Part shown: in pieces, positions 1 to 11,862 of the stretch
Layout: each line of letters begins with the position of its first letter
How positions within the stretch are numbered: the first letter of the stretch is position 1
Assembly: GCF_020745735.1 (NCBI RefSeq)
Contig: NC_083405.1
Coordinates: 26,874,345 to 26,938,344 of the forward strand
Reading direction: 5' to 3'
Length of the DNA stretch: 64,000 bases
DNA from: Hemiscyllium ocellatum
Taxonomy: Eukaryota
Program-made: the position numbers and the translations under genes
Notes under the pieces: generated by a model
What the model was told of the DNA's origin: nothing
Databases searched by the model: none
The model's input: only the letters and a program-made list of their open reading frames with translations

Positions 1-39
1 AATTGCCACTTCCACGAGGGTCACCTCTAAAGCCACCAC
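1..39 (-). CDS. HNRNPA2B1: hnRNP A2/B1 coding exon, start of the Gly-rich domain (GGFRGDPRGSGN..), truncated by the window edge
   Basis: ttgacag acceptor at 41-40. The phase-1 join gives Gly/Arg-rich sequence like the human RGG region. Confidence 0.8.
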   Translation of the reverse strand, partial: MVALEVTLVEVAI

Positions 40-244
40 CTGTCAATAACAATATTATATCAATTTTATTTTAAACTAATGTTACTGAATGTTCACAAAA
101 TCAGAAGTTCAGTTAATTGAACAAGCCTTATCACAAGGTCAAAAGGTTATGTCTGAAATTTTAACAATTGCTTTGCTATTTTGATCAAATGCTTTAGGAA
201 AATGTTTTCTGCAAGTTTAAATGTGCAAGTTGACATAGTCTAAG

Positions 245-445
245 TAGAAGACCATAGGACTGTGTCTCATATGTGAGGGAGAGAGAGCGGGAGAGAGAAG
301 ACTGATGGCAATTTAACCTGAGAGTCACAGACCTAAGGAAGGAAAATTTTGAGGAGAATCCTTCGTGGTAACTTCAACCAATGTGAGAATTGAACCCACT
401 CTCCATTGCAAACCAGTCACCCAGACAACTGAACTAATTGATCCC
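245..445 (-). mobile_element. Old tRNA-derived SINE fragment (same family as 9238-9395)
   Basis: Shares gaccatagg...gagagtcac...aattgaac...gcaaaccag...caactga with 9238-9395. tRNA-like head on the minus strand. Confidence 0.5.
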
Positions 446-488
446 CCCGCAAGGTTTGACCAGAACCATTCTAAACGTTAAATGATCA

Positions 489-632
<144 letters not shown>

Positions 633-1207
633 TTACAACAGTAGTTACACGTTTACAGCTATATGGTACTGTGGCAAATTTCACGTTGACATGAGTATGC
701 AACTACAAATACAAGCTACCGATACGTCAAATAAAATCATCTGATTATACAGTTTCAAATACCGCTATTTACAGAGCTCTCCTGTATATTCTATTTTGAG
801 CAGATGTGCTGAGTTATCACAATCTAAAAACTGAACCCAGACCACACATTATTTACAATCATGCCTGTGTTGTGTGCCATTCTCCAAAAGTATTAATTTA
901 AGGCTCCAAGTTTTGTATTTAACTTTCAAAGTCTCACCTCTAAGTTGTGGAAATCCCCTTATTACCGTTACCGTATCACGAAATCTTAGCATTCTAACAT
1001 CCTTGCTCTGATATTCTGTCTCAAAATATCTCCATTTCTTTCTTCCTTTCATTCAATTAAAGTTCTCCTTAGTATCTCAAAGAATGACCAAACTTTACCT
1101 TTTATTATTAATTTCACTTACGTATAATGCCTTGATATATTGCCTTATTTGCTAACCAAGTTGTAAGTACAAAATGTTATTCTTTCAGACTAAACAACCT
1201 TTTCTCA

Positions 1208-1501
<294 letters not shown>

Positions 1502-2403
1502 CTAAAAAAACAGTGCAAGCACTGTCAAATACATTCTCAAAATTAATCCAAAACAACCACTGCATCAATAAATGCCATTTTTCTGAAAATCCAAAATCTT
1601 CAATTCTTCCAACTGTAATTGGATATTCAAGTCACCTAATCAAGAACAGGAATCATTTCTATTGTGAGGCATTCTCAGACATTAGTTTGGAGAAACTAGG
1701 AAATGAAAAGCAACAAACAGTCATCATCTTAAAAAAAAAGCAGAGAACCACCTCTGAGCTTTGAACTTCAAAGGGCATTTCACCACGATCACTCAAAATT
1801 TACATATGTCCTAACTACTATCAGTTTCTGGTTAAATGACAGCACGTTAAAGTTTTTTTTAAATGGGATGGTGTAAACAAGTACAAGTCTGAAACAAATA
1901 ATGTAGAAAAAGGGTTTGAAGATTCTTGAATAAATTTTGTCTAATTAAGAAGGAAGACCATACTTAAGTAATCAAATATCCTTGTTCATCAATAGTCCAA
2001 TTCAAAAAGCAGGAATACACAAACATGACAAACTCTACAACTGTGACAGAATACAATATGAAATTCTATATTTTAGTAGGGAGTTGGTGTTTTAGTAGCA
2101 CATGGGGATACCCTTGTGGCATGTAAAACTACAGAAAGCAACTGACCCAAAGAAAGTACTTTGGAAATACTTAAATGAAGAGACTGCAACATTAGCATTT
2201 CTCTCATGGACACAACATTAGCATCTCTATCGTGGCCAACCTTCCTCAATCTAAACAAAACAACCAGAATTAACAATGAGAGTTGTGCTTGCTCCACCAA
2301 TACACTGAATGCAGATATGAGATTTCTGCACAGGAAAATGTACAAGATGTCCTTTGTTGCTTTTTAAATTTGAAACATTGAAATGATAATGCTATCATTA
2401 CTA

Positions 2404-2571
<168 letters not shown>

Positions 2572-2633
2572 TTACTTGTAATTTCATACTGCAACACTTG
2601 AATACAATTATAAAAACAAGTATTATCTTTTAG

Positions 2634-2956
2634 AATCATTGAATCCCTATGGTGTAGAAGCAAGCCATTTGGCCAATCGGGTCCATGCCAACTCTCCAAA
2701 AGATCCCACCCAGACTTGCCCCCTACCCTATCTCTCCATTTCCCATATGGCTAATCCACCTATCCTACACATCCCTGGTCATTATGGGCAATTTAGCATG
2801 GCCAAACTACCTTACATGCACATCTTTGAACGGAGGGAGGAAAACCAGAAGACCCAGCAGAAACACAGGAAGAATGTGCAAACTCCACAAACTCATCGGC
2901 CAAGGTTGGAATAAAACCTGGTACCTGGTGCTGAGAGGCAGCAGTGCTAACCACTA
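2634..2956 (-). mobile_element. HE1-type SINE (degenerate)
   Basis: Reverse complement of tggttagcactgctgcctc...ggccatgctaaattgccc...gggattc, as in the copy at 42479. Confidence 0.8.
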
Positions 2957-3327
2957 AGCCAGTTTTGAACACCAGTATATTAACTAAATCCAGGAACATC
3001 ATCTAATCTAGACACAGTTCAAGAGCTTCCTTTTAAGCAAGTCATCAATTGCTGACTTCTACTTGTCAGAACTTTTTTCACCAGAGCAACTGCTTGGCAA
3101 AAGCAGCTAAATATTAGGAAAACAGTAGAAACTGATGCTTCTGGCCTTTTGTGTATTTCTTAAAAAGCAGTTATTCAGTATTGAATAATCAATAATTTTA
3201 AGTACAAACACAAGTTTGAAACTGAATGTATTTCCATATAATTTCTTGACTATTATAGTTGGCAATCTACTCCTCTTGCCCAAAATCACATGCCCAGAAT
3301 GAAGACATTAAGTTTGAGAAATGATTA

Positions 3328-3573
<246 letters not shown>

Positions 3574-4984
3574 TTAATTGTGCTTAATTTGACATGGCAT
3601 TCGTCCCCTTTTAATACCAAGGCAACCGAACATTTAGCAAGCTCAATGGAAATTGTATTGTACAGCAAAGGACAGTCGGTCTGGGGCAAAAGCACTTGGA
3701 AGCATTTCAGGATGACTGACAAAAGTACAATCATTCTGTCATCAGTGAGAGGGGAGTGAGGTGCAAAAAAATTATGATTCAAGGTAAACATTTCAATATT
3801 TACTTGATAAAATAGAGTCACAAGCTTTTCAGTGCTGTCAAAATCCTTCCAAATCACCCACACAAGACCACAGAATGAGAGGTAGGAGAACAATTTCCTA
3901 TGGAGTCAACCCTTTTGACAAATCCTATATGAAGGACAACCCTTGATATCTAAAAAGGAATTTTCTAATAGTGGGGAAAAATAAAGAGATTTTAAAAAGC
4001 AAGTTTAAAACGGAAGACTTCAGGGATTTTACAAATACTCCAGCACTTCTATCTTTCCGGGATCAAAATGAGAACACAGAGCTCTCCCTCAATTATATGT
4101 AGTCAAACTGCTTCCTTGAGACATGGAGTTCTGGATGAGTTTTAATTGTCTGAAATCAAAGACTGCTGAACAAGTTGAAGCCCAAAGCTTTGGCCCCTGC
4201 AAAAAAACTCAGTTCCCTCACCAATTATCCACCCCAGCCAGTGCAAGGTGGAACAGAATTTATTTCTATTTAATACCAAACTGAACTTCCATCCTCAATC
4301 CAACACTGTACACTTTCAAATCTGTTCTGCCCTATTCCCTTTTTATAAGATCCCAAGAACAATATTTCTCACACAGGATGAAAATGCAACAGTTATTGTT
4401 GATAATCCAGTATATTTTTAAATTCATACATGCATATGAATTAAAATTATATAATCCTGGATTACAAGGGATATTACTATTATCTGTGGGCTATCATAAA
4501 CCACCATCTTAGCATTAGTGAATTTAAATTATCCCATTCTTTTCATGGCATGTGTCTGCCTTCCCCTCTTCCCATCTAGACTGCAAGGTGACCGCCTCCT
4601 CCCACAATACGAGGGAAACTCACTCCGCCATTCTTGTTCTCTCTCCTCATGACTGCAAAAGCTCACATCTTACTCTCAGGGGCACAAATATATCTGTAGC
4701 CTAATATACAGTACCCTCCAAAAAACAAATGGAAAGCACCCAGGCTCTTTACAAAACAGAGGAGAATTTGCATTTATATCATGCTATTCAAGATTGCCAG
4801 ATCTCCCAAAATGTTTTAGTCCATGATGTACAAAGTAAACACTACTGTAATGCAGGAAATTTGATTGTCAACTTACAGACAAAATTCTCAAAATGTGATG
4901 ACCAGATGTTTATGATTTTGACAAAGAATGCATGTTAACCAGGAGTAACTCCATGGTTATCTCAAAATACTAGATTTTGTTTCC

Positions 4985-5115
4985 AAACACCTGACAGGGC
5001 AGACAGCACCTCAGTTTGAAATTTCATTCAAAAAGATAGTTCTTCGGCAGTGTAATACTGGAGCACCAGTCTAATGTGATGTACTCAGGTCTTACATTGG
5101 GACTTGAAGCAGGTA
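4985..5115 (-). mobile_element. Ancient Deu-domain-like SINE remnant
   Basis: cctcagtttgaaatttcattcaaaaagat...cagtgtaatactggag...gggacttgaa resembles the Deu-SINE core, recognised from memory. A similar remnant lies near 30420-30540. Confidence 0.35.
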
Positions 5116-6090
5116 TGTAACTCAGTAAATACACATCCATATCTCCTTTTGGTCTTCTACACAGTTCAATGAAACAACAGTAAGAGAATAGTGTTGCAAT
5201 TCTACACACCTCAGCCCTCTGGCCATATGGATTTAACAACTTCAGTACGAATTGTTGTTCATGTTGGGTGAATGTTGTCAGCACTTCTCAGGAATCAGTG
5301 AGGAGTGCATCATGGAGGCTGATACTTGATGCAAAAACCCTCCAATTTACTTTTTTTTTCTTCTCCTAGTCTCTTGCAGTTTATTCTCTTTTGGTAGTTT
5401 TGTTTTTGATGATGTTGATGCTTTTAATCCTATCAAGTGACATTCCCAAGATGTTTCTGAAATCATCCTTCCTCTGCAAGGCAACCTTTACCCACACTCG
5501 CCTGTCACCCTTCAGCAAGGCTTTTTAAAAGCCTCTGGAATGACTTACAACTGCGTAGAACATGAAATGCTCATTCTGTACTTGCCTTCCACCGACTCCC
5601 CTGCTCAGTGAAGTGCGTGTGCTGAAACTTTTTGGTAGTGGAAAGAGTAAAACCTCCTGGATAGTTCAGTAAACTCATCACAAATATAGAAAAGTTGGAG
5701 ATTACCGTTTATTAGAAGATTGGGTTCAACCCCTGAAATGTTAATGAGCGTTCAAACTTCTTCAGGAGGAGGAGGACAAGTCTCTCTCGGGATATCAACT
5801 GGCAAGCTGACAACAAAAGTGTTGTAAAATAACAACAAAGACCCGAGAAGCGCAGATATCAGTGATCTAAATTCAACCCCTAATATATGTCACCTACACT
5901 CGACTCGTGTTCCCCAACAGAAAGGGTTACGTCCGCGAACGGGCTCCGATTAACCACCGTTATTAGCGCGGTATCCCCGTTTTCTTCTACCGCCACAGGA
6001 TTTCAGATCAACCTTTCAAAATAGTACACTGAGAGAGTAAAAAAAGATACGCTACGCCACCTCCCGACCCTCATTTCTTCTATCCCTTAC

Positions 6091-6096
6091 CTCCAT
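6091..6096 (-). CDS. HNRNPA2B1: hnRNP A2/B1 coding exon 1 (ATG GAG, Met-Glu)
   Basis: Minus strand reads caggATGGAG|gtaagg. This is the same two-codon first coding exon as mammalian HNRNPA2B1 and joins in phase 0 to the exon at 3555. Confidence 0.85.
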
Positions 6097-6870
6097 CCTG
6101 CTCGAAAAAATAATTTTTAAATAAAAAAACGCTATACTTCAACTCAAGCGCTTCGTAAATAACGTTATATCGATTAAAAATGGCGTTTATAGCTAAAGAA
6201 AAACGATTAAAGAGACAAGCTGCAATCCACAGCCTCCTCGACGCTGCCACCACCAACGCCGCTCAACACTTTCTAGAACCTTCTCTCAGCCACACAAAAT
6301 GGCCGGACGGTTATCACGTGACGCCAAGTCGCCAACGGCAAAGTTGGTGACGAAACCGGGAAAAAAATTCAGAAAGTACAATAAAATTTGTTTATACCAC
6401 GGTTCTGAAAAAAATATTTCTAAAACAAATGCCGCCCTTAATTGAAGACAATAATTACGCCCACCTCGGGCTTCTGACGGAAAAAGCCGAAACGGCTTCG
6501 GGTATGACGCAACTTAATTTTTAAAATCGAATTTTTAAAAAAATATTTCATAGTCATTCGTGTTTCGTAAGACGTTATATTTTGTTCCACTCAAAATCCG
6601 GCTGAATGGTTTGATATACTTTGCGATAATAATTCCCATAAGGGGGTAACTCTTAGTCACGTGACGGGCGCGAGTCCTGGCCAATGTTTAGTCTTTCGAT
6701 CAGGATTTTTATTCGATTTCAAAGGTTTAGGTCTACGTCCAGCCGGCGCGTGTTCGTGAATAGCTGATGTTGGGTTATTTGATAAATTTTACAAAAAAAA
6801 AGGAGGGTGTGCCGGTCGGAGGTGTGCGCAAGCGCGCTGTGTCAGAGCGTGTTTTTGGCGGGACTGAGTG
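6097..6870. promoter_or_regulatory. Bidirectional HNRNPA2B1/CBX3 promoter (A2UCOE-orthologous CpG-enriched region)
   Basis: Local CpG enrichment over ~5900-7300 between divergent first exons. E-boxes ATCACGTGAC 6313-6322 and GTCACGTGAC 6656-6665, YY1-like AAAATGGC near 6177 and 6296, CRE-like TGACGCAA near 6505, CCAAT near 6681. Confidence 0.8.
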
Positions 6871-7010
6871 AAGCGGAGAGAGGGAGTGAGAGAAAGAAAG
6901 AAAGAAAGAGAGAGTGTGAAAAAGGAAAAAAGGAGAGGGAGGGGGAGAGAGAGAGAGTGGGAGGGCAGTCTGGAACAGCCTTCGGAGCACATCAGGACTG
7001 AATTGGGCAG
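6830..7010 (+). other. CBX3: CBX3 putative non-coding exon 1 (start approximate)
   Basis: Lies downstream of the promoter motifs and ends at a CAG|gtaggg donor at 7011. Vertebrate CBX3 has a non-coding first exon. Confidence 0.5.
6877..6962 (+). repeat. Polypurine (GA/GAAA-rich) low-complexity tract
   Basis: Almost pure purine run gagagagggagtgagagaaagaaagaaag...gagagagagtgggag. Confidence 0.85.
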
Positions 7011-8370
7011 GTAGGGCAGGCAGTAGGTAGCTCGCCAGCCGATTAGTGCTTCACTGTTTTACTCCCATCCGGTGACTCCTCCTGAGCGCGGAGTGTGGGC
7101 CTGGCAGCTCTGCAGAGCAGCCCGAGATTAATTACCCAACAAGCTGATTTTTAAAAAAAAATATATAAAACTTCCATCTCAATCGAGTGGAGCACACCAA
7201 GAGTGTGTAGGCCGCAAACTCGCGGCCAGTGTCTGGAGCTAACGGAAGTTCATTTAATAATTAGGGGAGGCCGTGGTTCATTTGTTTTGGTCGTGGAGTC
7301 AAGGTTTCTCGGACTTGTGAACTCTCTGCGTGTTCTTTTGGCTTGGGGGAAGGGTGGGTATAGCGAGGTTGGGTTTCAACCTAGAGACTTGAAAAAAAAT
7401 TGCACCGTCTTTGGTTCAGGACCTAAGGGATTTACGTTCAATTTTTTTTTGCTAACTCAACAACTGCTTTGGATTTTATCTTTTGTCGCTGTTTCTGCGT
7501 GGGGTTATTTATATAAGGTTATGAGGTAGATGAGTTAAAAGGCAATTTAGATGAGATTGTAATTCCTTAATTGCGGAAGTCTTTTTTTTGTTTAATACTG
7601 TAAATATCGGTGATTTGTTATGTTTGTAACTAGCACTTTTTGTGATTTAACAGAATCATTGTGGAAATTCAGGACTTGAAGCTTAGAATTCTTACGAACT
7701 GCGCATTCTTTATTTTTCATTGAGAATATAATTTGCCACTGTCAGTTTCTTTTAGTCTGGTCGTTGACTTGAGGGGAAATATAACTAGGAAGAATTAAAA
7801 TGGCGAATTAGTGGGTCTTAATGTTAGATGTTTTTTATATGTTAGATAATTTTGAATTCAAAGATTAAGAGCAGTAAGCCATAACACTCTTTTTTCAATT
7901 GACAAGGTAGTTGTAATAATGCTTATAAATTTAAATAAGGGGATCAACAAAAAGTTTAATGTTTTCTCTACTTTATTACTATTATTGCTGTAGTTCTAAT
8001 TTTAAAAAGATTGGCTTAGAAGTTTGAGATTTTTAAAACAGTTAAGCTTTATTAGACACTTCTGTATTTTGAACCAAATGCTACATGACAGGAGCAAGTA
8101 ATCACATTGGGAATTGGTTATTGGTTTGTTTTTTATTTTTGCAATGTTTGTATTCAATTGATTGATCAGAGATTAGGTTGCTATAACCTTTGCCATCTTG
8201 CACTATGTATCCCTTTTCTATTACTTATATTTTCAATTTAAACAAGTTTTAAAATAGTTGCTATCATCTTTACTCCAAAATGTAAATGTTTGACATGCTG
8301 ACTTTATACATATGAGCAATTGCTGATTATTTTTTCCTAGGGGCTTGTGTAGGCGGATACAAAGTAGAAG

Positions 8371-8422
8371 ATGACCACGGTTGAAGATTCCTTTTTTTCT
8401 CCTATTAGCCTTGTTTCTACTA
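8371..8422 (+). CDS. CBX3: CBX3 exon 2 coding part (exon 8341-8422), putative N-terminal extension MTTVEDSFFSPISLVST
   Basis: tttttcctag acceptor at 8340, gtgagt donor at 8423. The ATG has A at -3, and 52 nt in phase 1 joins in frame to CC AAA ATG of exon 14347. Confidence 0.55.
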
Positions 8423-9237
8423 GTGAGTTAATCCATGTTTACAAATAATAAAAAGAAAATGCATCATGTTATATCCCATTTACAGTACTTAACCATTAAC
8501 TATATTTAAATTAATGAATAAAATTTGTTCATAAACTCCCAGGCCCCAAACAATGAAAATCAGAGTTCCTGTTCTGGTCCCAGGTCTGCCATTCTGACCA
8601 CAGAATGAGGTTAACTATTTATCTTGGGACACTGACTTTTCAACACACAATTGATACTATTCAGAAGATAGTTATTGTGCCACTTGTGATGTTGATTGAT
8701 TTTTTAAAATTACAAAATGGCAGATTTTTATATTTGTGAATTAAGGATCTGCTGAAATTAAACAAAAAACTTCAAATTCTCATAGTCAGCAGCTGATTCA
8801 GGACCCTGCATAGAGCTAGTAAGTGGGGAATATCATGGATGTGTTCAGTGGAGCTAGGAAAAAAAATGCTCAATTATGTATTAGATTTGTTATTGGAGCC
8901 TAAATATGCTTGGTGTGGTTCCTTGTAGCAATATGTGTCTAACAAAAACATCTTGTGAAATGATTGTCTGAAGTTGCAAGCTTCTGCAGATATGCTCTCA
9001 GAACTTCTATCTTGATAGAGCAACTTCTGGAATGTGATGGTACATTACAGTTCTCTCCACGTTTGGGCTCTTATGATAAAGTGCACTTCCTTGTGCATGT
9101 TTCAGTTTGGAAGTGTGGATGATAGACATAATGGTAGAGGCTCCAAAGTTCTTGCTATCACATGGCTGACCAGGAATCTTTGCCATTCTTACTAATATTG
9201 GTGTACGCTACTGGGATTTCAGCACGTAAAGCTGCCA

Positions 9238-9395
9238 ATGTCCCAGAGGACCATAGGGCCGCTTCCTCATTAGAGAAAGATGACTGGTAAGTTTAGCTTG
9301 AGAGTCACCATGCCTCTGACCTCAACTGATGTGGAAATTGAACAACGGTGTCACTCTGTATCGCAAACCAGCTATCCAACCAACTGAGCTAAAAT
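9238..9395 (-). mobile_element. Old tRNA-derived SINE fragment
   Basis: Similar to 245-445. Confidence 0.5.
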
Positions 9396-11545
9396 ACCCT
9401 CTGGAGAAATTTTACCGGTTGACATTCAACCTGTTTGGCCATTTTATGATAGTACTCCTTTCTTAGTCATTTAAATTCTGGTAAGAACATTGAAGCTAGG
9501 ATTTCTGGCTGAGAGATACCACCCACTCCTGTTAGCTCCTTTGAAAAGTGTATCTTTGGATCATTTTAAACAGATACAGCTCTGAATTCAGAAGTGCAAC
9601 TCTTCTCCACTTTCCCATTTTAATCTCCTTTTTTGTACTGTGAAGTTCCAAATTGTAGTCAAAAAGAACGCTTTGTGCTTAATGGAAGCCTGAAGTTTTA
9701 GATTTGTGTATCTTATAAATTCTGTTTCACAGCAAGATTAGATTCGATCTCCCCTTTCCCCAAAGTGTGATCAATAGTTTAAAATTTTTTTACTGTAACC
9801 TTGTAAAATGGGAATGACAGTATTGAATAATCATACTTTTTGATATGGAATCAACTGTTGACAAGCCAGCACTAAGCATTTTTCCATTGTCACACTTTTT
9901 GCTAGTTAGAGGGCAAATAAACTTATTTCCAATTCTTTCACAACTCAGTTTAAATTAATTCTAAAACCGAAGGCATCACTGTTGTTGAAATGCTTCTGTA
10001 GGGTTTAATCATTAGTGACAATGTGATACCTCTTAATAGCACTGTAGTAATGCTTTGATTTCAGGATAGCCTGCAAGGGTATAAATTCTGACACAATTTT
10101 TACATTTTCTTCCCTCTTCTTAATCCCTGTATTGCTGGATTACAGATTCTAAAATGCTTTCCGATGTCTCGCCCAGACATGTGTGTGATCCTTATTGTTT
10201 TGTAGCCAAACTTTATTATTAACAAAGAACAAAATTTATATGCACATGTATCCCTTTTAGGTAGTTAAGGCCTTGTGCTCTTTTTTTTTCCCCTCTTAAG
10301 CCAAAAGGCATTGAAACCAGTCATGTCTTCTAGTTTCCAAATTAGTGTTGGCTGTCTGAATGCGCTTTTATCCTTGGGCATCTGATTTGTCTGGCTCAGC
10401 AATTTGATTGTATTGAGACAGTGAAGAAATCTCTTGGCTATTTTCAAAAAGTTAACTGGTCGCCAAGATTATTTTCACTTATTATTGTGTGTGTGATACT
10501 TGAGCAGTAATAGGACATTTAGTGTTTTATCCATTTGATTTTTAAACGGTAAGGAGAGGACCAGGCTTTTAAAACTATTGAAAGGTAAAATGCAGCAAGT
10601 TCTTTCTTAGTCACTTTCATACTGAGTTTGCAAAATAAGTTTTAACTTTTAAAACTGGTTGGGATATCCTAGAAAAAGGAAAACTCTCCAGTGAGAATGT
10701 CTCTATGCATCCCTACTAACAGCAGGAGTTTTAAAAAAAAAAATCAGTATTTGACACTATGATCAGATTTTCCTCCTTAGCCCAGGGGCACGACCTGGAA
10801 ACTTGCAATGCTTAGCACAAGCGAGTTTGAATTTGAAGGGTCGTCTTCCCTGTTTGCATAGTTCTTAACCAAGCAAATGTGCTAACATAGTGGCTTAAAC
10901 ATAAAACTAAATTGCACTTGGAATCTTAGTTCAGTAGGTTAGACAATCCCCTTTGCTCATGAGAGTTTGGTAAATCCTCAGAAAGATTGTTTAAATTAAA
11001 ATGCCACTTAGTATCAAAATGTGTGAAATTAAAGTGTGGATAGTACGTCCTAACTGGCTGAAATCTGCATACATTGGCTCAGTTTTTGATAGTAACTGTT
11101 ATGAGAGTAACTGTGGACTCTTGACTTTTCACCCTGCTCTAATTCTTGTCTTTTTTTTATATAGTAATTTTAACTACCTCAGGTGATATAGAATGGATGC
11201 AATAGATTTACAAAGCAATAAAATTGTTCAACAATCTTTTTGTTTCAAAGACTCTTAAAAGATCATACCTAATAGTCTTTCCCTGATTTAAAGTTGAATT
11301 TCCCTAAGAAAGCAATATCTCTCTCATTTTCCTTTTGCTCCATAAATGGGCTTGTCTTAAAATCTGTCAAAATTGCAAATTTGAGGTTGGCGCTGGCACT
11401 TTTCAAGAGCCAGCACATATATTTCACAGCCTTTGATTTTCCAATATTTTATTCTAGCTTTAGCTTTATAATCTAAGCTAGCCAGCAAAGCGCATCTGCA
11501 AGTTAACTGTTTTCTGTTATCTGTGTCTTTGTGCGTAGAACTTTG

Positions 11546-11862
11546 GGGCAGCACGGTGGCTTGGTGTTCAGCACTGTTGCCTCAGCATTGGGACCCAGGT
11601 TCGATATTGTACCTAACTCCACACTACCTGTGTGGAGTTTGCATATTCTCCTCATGTCTCCATGGGTTTCCTTCTGTAATCAAGATGTACAGGTTGAGTG
11701 AACTTGCAATGCTAAAGTGCTCATGGTGTTCAGGGATGTGCAATTAGGTGCATTAGTCTGGTGCATAGAGTAGTAGGGGAATGGGTCTGGATGGGCCTCT
11801 CTTCGGAGGTCGGTATGGACTTGGGCTGAAGAGCATGTTTCCACACTGTAGGGATTCTATGA
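11546..11862 (+). mobile_element. HE1-type SINE
   Basis: ggcagcacggtggc head, A/B-box-like motifs, CR1-derived tail ...ttccacactgtagggattctatga. Confidence 0.8.

Noticed and set aside
5706-5806. Possible poison exon in HNRNPA2B1 intron 1 (tgtcag acceptor, gtaatc donor, in-frame TGA)
   Set aside because: The splice sites are mediocre and such pairs arise by chance. There is no independent support without RNA-seq.
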